Shown here: positions 36,173 through 48,850 of the stretch, in pieces
How the letters are laid out: every line of letters begins with the position of its first letter
Position numbering within the stretch: the first letter of the stretch is position 1
DNA from: Macrostomum hystrix
Lineage: Eukaryota > Animalia > Platyhelminthes
Assembly (NCBI GenBank): GCA_950097015.1
Contig: CATNEN010000001.1
Span: forward strand, 930,001-994,000
Length of the DNA stretch: 64,000 nt
Reading direction: 5' to 3'
Program-made: the position numbers and the translations under genes
Notes under the pieces: model-generated
Seen by the model: only the letters and a program-made list of their open reading frames with translations
The model's database searches: none
Told to the model about the DNA's origin: nothing

Positions 36173-37439
36173 TACATGTACCCAATCCACGCGGACTCTT
36201 TGAAAGGGAAATTGAGGTGTTGGCCAAGTATATCTGTCTTTCGAAAAACGTGGCCTTAGTTGACTGCATCCCGCACACTGGCTAACAAAGCTTTCGACAT
36301 CGTGCCGCATTCCGGGCCACCAACACGAAGAAGCCAACAGCTTCATGACGCAAACGGGGGGGATGAAGACACACCGTTGCTTGAAGAGGAGACCATCTTC
36401 CATTGTAAGGCACTCGTCGACCTTCTTGAATGCGGATTCTGCCTGAGAACAATTCGACCAGTCGCCGGAACGTACGCGGTGAATGATTCTTTGCATGAAC
36501 GGATCAGATTCCATCTCCATGTTAATGCGGCGGGGATCAATAGTCGGAGTTTCAAATGAAACGCAATTGATGTCGTCAAACGTCTCCGCGGGATCCATGG
36601 TGGAATCGTCAAAGCGCAGCCGGGAAAGTGCGTCAGCATGAGGTATCTCGGAGCCACGTACGTACTGGATGTCGAAGTCGTACTGCATGAGCGAGAGCAC
36701 CCAGCGACCGATTCTTGCAGACGTGTTGTTGGGGATGCTACCACCAAACAGGCGTACCAGTGGCTGATGGTCAGTCCGAATGACGAATTTCTTTCCAAGC
36801 AGATTGTGTTTTAGACGGCTTACTGCCCAGAATACGGCAAGAGCCTCTCGCTCAATGTTTGAGTAGTTTTCTTCAGCCTTGGATAGAGTGCGAGAAACAA
36901 AGATCACAGGATGGCCATCTTGCGTCAGAACGCCAGCAATGGCGTCTTTTGAAGCATCCGTTGTCAATGTGACTTCTTTGTCCAGGCTAAATGGCTGAAC
37001 AATCGGAGCAGAACTGATCTCCTTCTTGAGATTGTTGAATGCTTTAGAGCAGCTCGAGTCCCATAGGAATGCTCTATGGTCTATTTAATATGCTCTTCCT
37101 ATGTAAGTTTGCATAAAAATAGAACGAAAAATATCGAAAACAATTATTTCTCTTATGAGTACGAACGAATGCAGGAAATGTTACAGTTGCATGATAAATG
37201 TAGCCACTTTCATTCTTTTTAAATAGTATTAATTTTTTTGCAAGAACAGCGAAACTACCCTAGAGGCAAACCCTAGGAGTGTTTGTACAATTGTGGTTTA
37301 GCCCAGCTTCCATGTGCCCTGAAAAGCTGCTTCTAAGGGCTAATTGGTAATTGAAAGCAGAAGTCCGAATTATGCCGAATCCGAAATATTTTACTTCTTT
37401 CTTACAGTTTTGAAACTATTTTTACCGCATAGATAACAA

Positions 37440-38065
37440 CGCCATAACTTTAAGGACTACCATGGTACATATGCATACTAACATCTGCCGCCATGCTGTT
37501 TCGCCGTTAGTTGTACATAGCTGAACGCCATGCTATATAGAATAGCAGGGTTCTGATAGGAACATTTTACGCCATGTTGTTTCTAATTACAGCGCCAAGC
37601 TGTTTCTAATAAAGTGCGCTATGCTGTTTCTGATAACAGCGCCATGCTCTAAGGAACCATGGTACATATGCATACCAACATTCGTCGCCATGCTGTTTCT
37701 GATAACAGCGCCATACTCTAAGGAACCATGGTACATATGCATACCAATACTCATCGCCATGCTGTTTCTGATTACAGTGCCATGCTCTAAGGAATACCAT
37801 GGTACATATGCATACCAATACTCGTCGCCATGCTGTTTCTGATTACAGTGCCATGCTCTAAGGAATACCATGGTACATATGCATACCAACATTCGTCGCC
37901 ATGCTGTTTCTTATTACAGTACCACGCTCTAAGGAATACCATGGTACATATGCATACCAACACTCGTCGCCATGCTGTTTCTGATTACAGTGCCATGCTC
38001 TAAGGAATACCATGGTACATATGCATACCAACATTCGTCGCCATGCTGTTTCTGATTACAGCGCC
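37440..38065. repeat. About 60-bp minisatellite (CCATGGTACATATGCATACC core)
   Basis: About 7 contiguous units from 37620 plus degenerate upstream units. Confidence 0.93.
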
Positions 38066-40884
38066 GAATTTAGAGGATCGGAAAGCTGGCTCTAAATTAC
38101 AGAATATAGCGTTGCTTTGGACAGAGCGACATCTATGCAAAAGCAGTTAATCAACATCATAGGATTTCTTGAATTCAACAGCCAGGTGAAATTTTCAGAT
38201 AAGCTGTGACGAACCGTACAATGTTACGAGTCTGCCGCCGACAACCGTAAGTGTCTCGTATTTATCCTACTATATTAATCCTAAAAGTACTGGTAAACAT
38301 CGGCATTACGTACTGTTTGAGTAATTTACGGGACTTGGCCTGTAAGTAATTTTTACACTTTAATTGTTTAAGGGGTGCTACGTACTGCTGGAGACTGCTG
38401 TCTTATATGTCACAGAAGACAGCGAGTTCAGGCAGGAAAATTTAGAGTGATTGTGCTAAAGCATATTGGAATATGCCGCCGCCCCAGTCCATACATGTAC
38501 AATTGGCTCGTACCAAACCAACCTCGCAATTGAACTTTAAGTCAAAGCGGGCTCTCGAGACCATGCAGCCAGCGTCTTAGCTGTCAACTTCAACTCACGA
38601 CCATTTAAGTCTCAACTCAAAGGATTCTGCTGGTGGGATATTAGATCTAGGGATTAGATAGGTGTATTAGACTTTTGATGTTGGGTTCTTGCATCGGAGA
38701 CTGATTTAAATAGACTTAGTAAGTCAAGTAGATTTATGCAACTCCTACTATACATGTACCCCTGTATATTGTGATACCCCTGATCGAATTAGCTGAGAAT
38801 GTCACACTTGTAATGGTTTTCGAGCCTAACGAGATTTTATTAGTTTTTAATTCTCTTAAGGGCAGCGTGCGGTTAGGTTGTCGTCTACGGGAAAATAATG
38901 CACTGAATTCAACTTGGATTACGTAAATTTCCGGTCAATTGTAATGAGCCGATATTCTCGTCTCTTTTGTGCGAATAGCGCGCGCTTTATTATTTACATC
39001 GCTTACATTTGAAATGCAATGTATATATGTATACATTATTTATTTTCGAAGCAAAAAATATACGCGCCCATAGCGCCAAATCATGTGTTATAGCAATGTT
39101 GTCTTCATTGCTTTTATGTTGTTGTACTAGGTTATGTTACTACAATGTTGACTCCATGTTGCAATGGCAATATATATTTCTTACCGCATCATGCTTATCA
39201 TCCTACTGATAGTAGATCAGATGGAATTCTAAATTTGACTATGTCGATAAAAATATTGATGAAAGTGTGTGTGCTATATAATAATATAATATAATATAAT
39301 ATTCTAAAAAGTTAAGGATGTGGTATGCTAAATTAATAATTTTACCAATGTAATATACAAATGATGGAATGAACGTAATTATTAAAATCATTCAACTTTG
39401 CCTAGGTCCGTTTGCCTAGCCTATCGTAATCTCGGTAAGATCATTCACTTATTCCGATGTATTTCGAAATACATCAGAATAGGTGTACTTGAATTATTTT
39501 TTAAGTATCCTGCCAAATTCAGTTGTTAGGGGTCTATGAGTTTGACTAGCCACTTTCGCAAAGTCACTAGGAACAAATGAAAAATGCCAATCACATGTGA
39601 CATTGATTTCGGACAAACGCACGTCGATAGAGCATGTCTAGAGCCTTCTAACGACACCAAGATCGTCGAGAAATACCCACCAGAAGGCTGTCAGATGATG
39701 TCGTGTCCAATCGGCGCTCGCTGATTGGGTGTAAACACCCACCCCAGGCACCCACCCCTCCGCTTTTAGCTGGGTTGTATTTCAGCCGGCACCCGCGTGC
39801 TGCCCAGCCTTGTCTTTTCGCGCTGCGTGGTGTGAAATTTTTTAATTGTTCCTTGCTTCCTTTTTTTCTTGCTTTTGCCTTTTTGCGTGCATTTTGAATA
39901 CTTCCTTTGAAACAATTTATCTGCAAATATATCGTATGTGGGCCATAGACGGTGCCCTTCCCTCGTTCGCTCTCTGCTGTGTCGCATCTGCTGTCTCTGT
40001 CTGCATTCGTGCCTGGGAGTGTGGTGTTTATAGAGTGTGGTGTGTCAGAGGTAACTCCCAATGGATGGCGCTATGACGCTTTACTAGACCGGCTGCCAGC
40101 AGACAATGACTGCAGATCTATCGACGGAATCAACGACATCCGACGCGCCATTTATTGGCCTACCAGACGACCTCAGTCTCATCTCTCTAGATAAAGCGGT
40201 TCTCAAATGGGGTCCGCTCAAAGTCGGTACACCCCTGCCTGGCGTGACTATAGTCTTTTTGATGGGGGTACCACTGACAAAAGTAATTTCGGGATGCCCC
40301 TTAATTTTGATGGATCTCGATGGGATTTCATGTCCTGTACTCTGGGATAGAAGTAGAAGAGATCCCCGTCGAAAATCGGAGTCTAAAAGACAGCCTGCGG
40401 CGTCAGAATGTCACCCAGTGTAAATTGTATCTCCCCTGTGTATTTCGTCAAATTTTCTAGGTGACTTTCCAGGTTAATAAGTTCGAGGAGAAATCATTTG
40501 TAATCATAAAACTAACTCAGTCGTGTAGGAAATTGTTTCTAGATTGATTTCCAATCGAATCCGACTCGATAAACTGTGCTCAAATCTTTTGGGACACCGA
40601 CGACAGCCATATACTACTGACAGTAGTCAAAGTCGATAAAATTACAAAAAATTTGTAAGAAAATTGTCATAACTTTTTTTCTTCAAAAGATATTGAGCTC
40701 GGACCGCCTAGAATGAATTTCCCGTCCGAAAATAGTTTAGAAAACACAGTACCTAATAGTATGGAAGCAGTAGCTAGCAATCGGCTAGCTATTGCGTGGC
40801 TCATCTAAGTCTACGTACGGCTGTTTCATCCATGGAAAGTGTTAATTTAGCCTTGCTGAAGGGCAAAAATAGTTCTAAGAGATT

Positions 40885-41002
40885 ATGAAGACAGAATCAT
40901 CGCTGAAGACAGCGCCAGCCTTAAAGACAGCGCCAGCCCTGAAGACAGCGCAGCCCTGAAGACAGCGCCTTCCTCGAAGACAGCACCTTCCTCGAAGACA
41001 GT
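40885..41002. repeat. About 18-bp degenerate tandem repeat (GAAGACAGCGC)
   Basis: Direct repeats visible in the sequence. Confidence 0.75.
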
Positions 41003-41304
41003 GCATGCATCGAAATCCAAGTGCATGTACCTTTTAATTTCAAAAAAGAGAAGAAGCAAATAACAAGACAAGCAGCACTATACCACTGAAAATGAATAAC
41101 AAGTAACAAATGGGACGAAGAAAACAGTAACAAAAATTATTTATCAAAAAAAATGTCATCATTTCTCTTTAAACAGTGAGATGGAAAACACGTATTGCAC
41201 ACGTGTAACTGGATGGTTGTATCATATTTGCAACAAAACACAAAAAATAGAAATGAAATCAGACGCTTCGTATTAACTCTTGTACAAACTGGCGTATTAT
41301 ATAT

Positions 41305-41420
41305 TAGCGGGGTGCTATCACAAGCTCGAAATTTCACAACACCGAAAAGCAATTTTTCATTAGGTCGAAACTTTAGTTTTCGACGTTGTGAAATTTCGAG
41401 CTTGTGAAACCCCCCTTATT
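41305..41420. mobile_element. Small MITE-like hairpin
   Basis: TCACAAGCTCGAAATTTCACAAC ... GTTGTGAAATTTCGAGCTTGTGA perfect 23-bp arms; a hAT-type end CAGGGGTCGGCAAAC follows at 41437. Confidence 0.65.
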
Positions 41421-43109
41421 AGCAATCGGCCTAAATCAGGGGTCGGCAAACTTATATGGCTCGAGGGTCACAGAGAGTACAAGAGACGACAGCGGGCCGT
41501 GCTGATAGAGGTGACTTCATATACAGGTGACTACTTTCAAAGATCACTTCATTATCACTTCATCTTAATATTTATCGCGGCTTCAATGAAGACGTACAGG
41601 AGTATAAGAAACGGCAACCTTCCGGCCGAAATTGACGCCAGCCGACCCGCCAGCACCAGTCGATGACGCAGAAATTCTGACGCTGTTAGCCGACACCGTA
41701 CTACTGGACTGGTCAACAATGATCGGTGGTAGGTCGGCAAAAGTTTTTTTTCAAAGAAAATAGACTCCTTTTTTACCATATAGCGGCTAAGTCCTTTTTG
41801 CACAGCCGCTGCGGGTGACAGTCTTGCCGAATACCGGTTGGCCAATTAATCCACCGACCAAAGCGGGTGTGATTGGAGTACTGGAGCTGTCGGTTTTTAA
41901 TAACCTTCGCTGCAAGGAAAAAGTAAAAACGCGAGTATGTTTCAAGAAGCAGCGCTGGCCGGTATATTGGTACCTGCTCATGAATTCAAGACAATGCTTT
42001 TGACGAACTAACAGAAAAATACGAGTACTTACAAAAATCTTTTTGCAAAAGCTCGCTAACCGCGACACGAAGACCAGCAGCGGTAGTGAGGCCACCACTA
42101 TCAGTATTTGCCAGAGCAGATTGAAGAGCCTAAAAATAAGATTCCCAGGGCTACAACGGTGTGGCCACATTCAATAACATACTCGTAGAATTGCGCCGGA
42201 TCCAAAACAACATAATAATACAACATAATAATAATCATTCTCTTTCCTAAATCCACAAAAAATTTTATACGAGCTACTATCTTACCAAAGCAATATTTCG
42301 CTTTTCGCAAAACCCTGTCACGTCTTCCGACTCGAAGACGCTGGTTTCACCGCCGCTTTTTGAATGAAGCAGTACGATGGCATGTAGACCAGCTGAGTCA
42401 GCAGAATCAATCTGAAATTCTATATACCCACGTTGAGTTACATTGACTTAACGAGAGTAAGTAACATCCGAAGCCTACTTAAAAACGTTTGAATAAAACG
42501 GCTAAATATTCCTGAATAAGTAAATTGCATTTTTTCTTACTTACAAGCTTACTAGCAGCCTTTCGAAGCTTCCGTTTGGTTACATCTATGCTACTTTTCC
42601 GTTGATCAGCAGCATTTCTCAACAAAATGCGCTCCGCGTCTCCTAAGTTTGCGTACGATGCTCGCTAACTTTCCATCTGGTCTGAAAGGCGGAAAAGGGA
42701 TTAGTTTGAATTTTGACACCGAGCTAAATAGCAGTAAAAAGAGAAAGTGATCGAAAGAAGCTCATACAATTTAGCTACCTAAAGACAAGAAAATTGTCAT
42801 GGTTACAATGTCAGGCGAATCCTCGAGTCAAGACGATAAAGATATAACAACAACGTGAAGAAGATTGATTAAAAACTACTCATTTCTACTACTACTCCAT
42901 ACGAAGCATCACTCACGAGTAATACTAACACCCGGAGTGCAGTTTCGGCGGCAATGCTCCTTCCAATTCCAGAACATTCTGAAAGCACAAAAACGTTGAA
43001 AAATATAAAATAACAACCTCTAACCACAAAAAAAGAAAATACACCCAACAGTATAAGAAAGGAAGGACCTAAAGGTCCGAGAGGGTGGAGGGGGTAAAAT
43101 AGAGGTTAG

Positions 43110-43880
43110 GACGGCAGGGAGGGTGGGACAGCAGGTAGGGCTAGCAGGGAGGGCAGCACAGCAGGGAGGGTGGGACAGCAGGTAGGGCTAGCAGGGATGG
43201 CAGCACAGCAGGGAGGGTGGGACAGCAGGTAGGGCTAGCAGGGAGGGCAGCACAGCAGGGAGGGTGGGACAGCAGGTAGGGCTAGCAGGGAGGGCAGCAC
43301 AGCAGGGAGGGTGGGACAGCAGGTAGGGCTAGCAGGGAGGGCAGCACAGCAGGGAGGGAGGGTGGGACAACAGGGAAGGTGGGACAGCAGGGAGGGTGGG
43401 ACAGCAGGTAGGGCTAGCAGGGAGGGCAGCACAGCAGGGAGGGTGGGACAGCAGGTAGGGCTAGCAGGGAGGGCAGCACAGCAGGGAGGGTGGGACAGCA
43501 GGTAGGGCTAGCAGGGAGGGCAGCACAGCAGGGAGGGTGGGACAGCAGGTAGGGCTAGCAGGGAGGGCAGCACAGCAGGGAGGGTGGGACAGCAGGTAGG
43601 GCTAGCAGGGAGGGCAGCACAGCAGGGAGGGTGGGACAGCAGGTAGGGCTAGCAGGGAGGGCAGCACAGCAGGGTGGGAGGGTGGGACAACAGGGAAGGT
43701 GGGACAGCAGGGAGGGTGGGACAGCAGGTAGGGCTAGCAGGGAGGGCAGGACAGCAGGGAGGGCCAGTAGGAAATGCGGGATAGTAGGGAGGGAGAGTGG
43801 GGCAGTAAGGAGGGTAGGACAGTAGGGAGGATAGGGCAGCAGGGAATGTAGGACAGCAAGAAGGGCCAACAGAGAGGATA
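43110..43880. repeat. 47-bp G-rich minisatellite
   Basis: Unit GCAGGGAGGGTGGGACAGCAGGTAGGGCTAGCAGGGAGGGCAGCACA repeated more than 10 times, with a higher-order variant. Confidence 0.95.
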
Positions 43881-43904
43881 GGATAGCAGTAAACTAGGAT
43901 AGCT

Positions 43905-44066
43905 GTTGTTCAGAGGGACATCAAGGCTACATATGGCTGTTCAGTCCATGAACTAGGAGGCCACCATACCCATAATCACTTACCCTAGGTAATGCTGGTA
44001 AACCCTCAAATCAAACCCTTAACCTTTAAGTCATGAGTCCAATGCTCTAACCACTAGGCTACAACC
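43905..44066 (-). mobile_element. tRNA-derived SINE remnant
   Basis: Minus strand TGTAGCCTAGTGGTTAGAGCATTGGACTCATGA contains an A-box and a CAT-like anticodon loop; B-box is decayed. Confidence 0.5.
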
Positions 44067-45029
44067 CCTAGCAGTAGGTATGTTGTAGGTATACAAGCTA
44101 TATTAAAAAGATCATATTTAAACCAACAATACAAATTTATACTCGTATTTACACTGAAACAAATAGCAAATTTATATTAGGTCTAGAGTAGTGTCAATGA
44201 AAAAAAGATTTAAATATCAAGCAATTCATATAGTATTAGGCAATTAGCCATTCTAAAGTCAGTATGAATTATACTGTTTATACCATTTCAGCATCTAAAA
44301 GCTACAATTTTTAGCTTGCTTTGCTTGCTATATAACTGGTAACATATAGCATAGATAATATATATGTTATATATTACTATATATACTAATATATTTCCTG
44401 TTCGCTCAGATAGCATTAGCCTAGCTACCTGCTACCATACAGATAATAGTAAGAAAAAAATATTAGCCTAGCTGAATAGACCACAATGATTAGACAGGTC
44501 AATTATATATAATAATATTAATTATATTAGCTATTACTATAAGACTAGGCCAAGTATGCGAATCTCCATGCTAAAAGTGAAAAAAAAACTAAATACACTG
44601 TGAAAATGGAGAAAAGTAGAGCCTAGAGCTAGCACAGTAAATATCAGTTAAATTACATAGCTAACCAAAGAAATACCGAGCTGTGTACAGTAAACCGAAA
44701 GACATTTGAAATCGCGCGGAATAGATATGCATTTTACATTATGATACCGTGCTACGATATCATATATCATGATATGTTAGCCAAAACTGGCCCGTTTTTG
44801 CATGGTATATACGGTCAAAAGTGTATATACGGCTGGTTCTAAAACGAATACAAAATGCTGTATTTGTGTGAAAGTACTTTGAGTACTAAAATACAAACAA
44901 GATTGTTGATGATAGTGCTGATGATTGTTGGTGATGGTATTTTCGCGAGAATATACACTAGTGTATTTTCAATCATTTACAACACAACACCAATATGTAC
45001 ATATCAAATAGTATTGATAATCAGAAGCT

Positions 45030-45839
45030 TTATAAAATTGCAATTGCAATTGCAATCGCTACTGCTGCTGACACTTCCGCCTCTTCAGCTGCGGCATACA
45101 ATAGGCAGTCGTCAGCTGGGTCAAATGTACAGCTACTGGCTGCCATCGCTGCTAATGCTGTTGACGCCTCTGCCTCTTCAGCTGCGGCATACAATAGGTC
45201 GTCGTCAGCTGGGTCAAATGTACAGCTACTGGCTGTCATCGCTGCTGCTGCTGCTGCTGCTGACGCCTCTGCCTCTTCAGCTGCGGCATACAATAGGTCG
45301 TCGTCAGCTGGGTCAAATGTACAGCTACTGGCTGTCATCGCTGCTGCTGCTGCTGCTGCTGACGCCTCCGCCTCTTCAGCTGCGGCATACAATAGGTCGT
45401 CGTCAGCTGGGTCAAATGTACAGCTACTGGCTGTCATCGCTGCTGCTGCTGCTGCTGCTGACGCCTCCGCCTCTTCAGCTGCGGCATACAATAGGTCGTC
45501 GTCAGCTGGGTCAAATAAACAGCTACTGGCTGCCATCGCTGCTGCTGCTGCTGCTGCTGCTGACGACTCTGCCTCTTCAGCTGCGGCATACAAAAGCTCG
45601 TCGTCAGCTGGGTCTAAGCAATTGACTGCCATCGCCGCTTCGACCTCTTCAGCTACGGCGTATAACATATGGTCATCTGCCAGGCCGAATACAAAACTAT
45701 ATGATGAATTGTATGTTTCATCATACCCGTAATCATTATAGCCTGGCTCTTCGTTCAGCCCAATGTTCTCGTCGTGACAGTTGGATGTTTTCGCATCGTT
45801 TAGAGTTGGCGCTGATGATGATGATCGTGTTGCAGGCAT
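45030..45839 (-). CDS. Element gene 1, second copy (7 DD[DE]LLYAAAEEAE-type motifs)
   Basis: Homologous to 8095-8868; flanking 44836-48330 is colinear with about 7866-11420. Confidence 0.7.
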   Translation of the reverse strand: MPATRSSSSAPTLNDAKTSNCHDENIGLNEEPGYNDYGYDETYNSSYSFVFGLADDHMLYAVAEEVEAAMAVNCLDPADDELLYAAAEEAESSAAAAAAAAMAASSCLFDPADDDLLYAAAEEAEASAAAAAAAMTASSCTFDPADDDLLYAAAEEAEASAAAAAAAMTASSCTFDPADDDLLYAAAEEAEASAAAAAAAMTASSCTFDPADDDLLYAAAEEAEASTALAAMAASSCTFDPADDCLLYAAAEEAEVSAAVAIAIAIAIL

Positions 45840-46069
45840 GGCGAGACAATGGGGGCAGTATTAAAAATTTTCTGCTTGTTTAATTTACTTAATTAATTGT
45901 CCAAAGTTTAAACTGCATTGATTGCAGCATATTCTTAATAGCATAAGATTATCAGCAAGCTGGTTACCATAGACTAGCAATCGTGTTTTTTAGTTATTTA
46001 CTTTACTCAGTTAAGTGGCGTAACTTATTTACACATTTTAGATGATAAATTATTGTTTCAAATAAAAAA

Positions 46070-46560
46070 CGACGTCATCCCTGGGTGGGCGGCACAATGG
46101 CGGAGATCGAGATATCGACAACTCTGGTAACGACAAACCGATCTCGTGCCCTACCGTCAGTAGCAGCACGGATGTCGTGATTGGCACTGAGCGACGTCGA
46201 CGAAGGCACAGCTCGGATAGTAGTTCAGACTCTGATTTTGCTATTCTGCCTTCACGTCAACGTGTTCAGTACGTATGGTATCGTCCAGGTGTCGTGCGCA
46301 TTTACAATCAGAGATTTTCTATTGTGAACGCCAATCCGACACGTGATTTAGCCGGCCAATTGCAACTGCCGCAGCATGCGCAAGTGACCGATATACAGTC
46401 ACCAATTATAAGTAGTAGCAGCAGCAACAGCAACAATGGCGGCACTGGCACTGAAAGAGAGCGCGGTAATGCCAATCGTGCTGCTAATAACCTAGATTTG
46501 AATGACGTTGCAATTCTTTTGTTAAGCACTGTTGCCATTAGTTATAATAAAATTAATTAA
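46070..46560 (+). pseudogene. Element gene 2 copy, start ATG changed to ACG
   Basis: Colinear with 9106-9564. Confidence 0.55.
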
Positions 46561-47041
46561 CTGATTAATATAATTAAAATTTGGTAGTTAATTAACACAT
46601 CTGAGTATTCAAAGTCGACACTTAATGATGCCTGCAAATGTTTTAAACTACTTTTGCATACACTAGCTCTCGTTCAACTTCACGTGGTATATTCAAAAGC
46701 ATAAGACAGTTTGCCGTCACTATTGACAATATATTGTCGCGTTTACCATTAATCATAATCAGATGACTGATGAGATCAGTCAGTAATAAAATATTAATAC
46801 GCGAACACAGATGTGTGCAGCTAGTCAACCGGTTATAATTAATACGGTTATTATTAATACGGTTTTTTATTAAATTTCACCAGTATATATATAGAGTATA
46901 AATTTATATAGAATTTCATTGATTGAACAAATAATCGTGCTATTCTACAATTAGTCTGATTTGCACAGTCGCGAGAGCAAAAATAAACGTGTAAACTCTA
47001 ATACATAAAATTCTGTATATAAATTCTGTATTTTACAGCAT

Positions 47042-47414
47042 TCATTGTTCGATGTACCAGTAGCGAACTCCATGAGCTGGAGTTCAGCTTGGGCGTCCTC
47101 AAGAAGCTCTAGCACTTCGATGATGTCTTGTGCTCCATCCTCTCTTATACCAGTCACGAACAAGACAGCCTTATAGTCTTCTGCTGACCGGTGCTGTTGC
47201 AGCCATTCTTGAGTGCGCCGTAATAATAAGCATAACTCATTAGCGCTATACTCAGCATTTGGAACACCGCGCTCCAAACTAGGTAGCTGCTCGAAGCACC
47301 CTCGATGCGCTATGAACCGGCAATGCAATCTATGCGACAGCTGAGAAAGAGTTGAAATACGTGCGGGTGAAGATACATTTGCGCAAACTGCATCTGATGG
47401 GCAATGAACGACAT
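47042..47414 (-). pseudogene. Element gene 3 copy with frameshifts
   Basis: Colinear with 10090-10470; small deletions near 47073 and 47320. Confidence 0.7.
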
Positions 47415-47658
47415 GTTCAGTCAGTTAGTAAATCAAGTAGAGCAAAAAATAGTTTTGTTAAAAAAAATCTAAAATTTAATCAAAGCCCCCATAGAGTATA
47501 TTTTATCGAACACAGGTGAGTCGGTCCACAGATAAATCAAATGAATACAAGGCCAGTCTGGGTATTAAGAACTAGAAATCTTTCTCGGCCAAGAAATCAG
47601 CCCACAACCAAGCACTTCGCAAGCGTGATTAACTAAGATTAACCTAGAGTGATTAACA

Positions 47659-48023
47659 ATGTCAACTTTCCCATTGTTCCCGGTTCAGTTCCGGCACTTC
47701 GTCCTGGCTTCCGCCGCCAAGAATCTCGAGAATGCGATGAAGGAGGCTTTGGAGGCGGCCATGGATGTGGCGGTGGCGGAAGCATGGACGCCGAGACGGC
47801 GCCGGGCGGATGACGACATGGCTGCAGCTATGCGGCGGGTCCGGGCGGCCATGGTCCGCATGGCCCGGGCCCGCCGCATAGCGGCAGCGCTCGATCCTTA
47901 TGTGAGTAGTAGATTTCGATTCCTTTCATTTGAATATTTTTGAACACATCTGGTAACATCTGAGCTAACAAACTAAATGAAACCTAAAACCCATCTTTCA
48001 TCCCGCAGCCGGGTGTCCTATGA
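47659..48023 (+). CDS. Element gene 4 copy, 2 exons (47659-47901, 48009-48023)
   Basis: MSTFPLFP...AEAWTP.RRRA...RMARARRIAA.LDPY|PGVL* conserved with mostly conservative substitutions. Confidence 0.65.
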
Positions 48024-48850
48024 CCAAGAGCCGTCTGCATTGACCAGAAGACCAAGAAGCGAGTGCATGATTCCTGATGACAATATGCGTGGATGACATT
48101 GATGACAGGCAGTGCATGATGACATCAATCTGAAAAGTACATGCTTATTGTTTGTTTGTTTGTTGTTTGCCCGACGGGCTAAGGTGCTTTATGAGAATAC
48201 GTAATGCTTTATGTCATATATCAAATAAATAAATGCGTCCATTGATTACATTATCATAATGATAAAATTGTTCTGTTATTTTATTATGTCTATTATATTA
48301 ACATTTGTGCGACAATAACAACTCACTATAACTGACAAACAAAAAGGGACGTATTTTCAGGCGAAGTGTCTTGCCTTTTTACTGCCGTACTTATGAAAAT
48401 AAACCTGAGATTGTGCGGCTACATCAGCCGGTATAATGGGTATATATATTCGCGAAAGTACAAATGTGTCTTCAAACAATTTAAAATGCATAGTTGCGCA
48501 ATAGTACTTGAAGTAGTGCTGCTTGCACCTGAAGTAGTAAAGTATAATGCGAAAGTAATTGAATTAACATGGCAAGACTATCTACTTGTGATAGATTAGA
48601 TGGTATTTTCGCGAAATAGACATAGACATTTCAACGATTAGTATTTGCGCAGGGGCAAAAATGTTTTTGCTGAATAATATTCATAAATGAATTTTCGCGA
48701 AAAAGTTTGGTCTATAGCGAAACCTAGAACTACAGTCGAGTACAGTCGCAAAAGTGAGCTATCTGGTTAATGCGATAGCCTCTGGTTATTGCCGCCCAAT
48801 CAATTGGTGGCGCCGGCGACCATACTGATCGCAGAGAGTCTACGCCTATA

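Larger units (their letters stand above)
31720..37075 (-). mobile_element. 5'-truncated Ty3/Gypsy LTR retrotransposon (RT end, RNase H, integrase, probable 3' LTR at about 31720-32085), split by a Tc1 insertion
   Basis: TTDASK...NYSNIEREALAV...TDHQPL (RNase H); WWPGM..CAGC; VDWVHV|KDAGNILIVVDTFSGW; SDNAPEF; NGSAERAV. Minus-strand AATAAA and a terminal CA at 31720. Confidence 0.9.

Noticed and set aside
38070-43100. Short ORFs in this interval as genes
   Set aside because: No recognisable motifs, no second copy, and no consistent splice structure; only isolated hAT-like termini near 40195 and 41437.
43235-43869. ORFs inside minisatellites (also 1496-1780, 27037-27277, 37587-37892)
   Set aside because: Low-complexity translations of tandem repeats with no domain signal.
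44000-44066. Functional tRNA-Met gene
   Set aside because: T-arm/B-box is decayed and no acceptor stem forms; treated as a SINE remnant.
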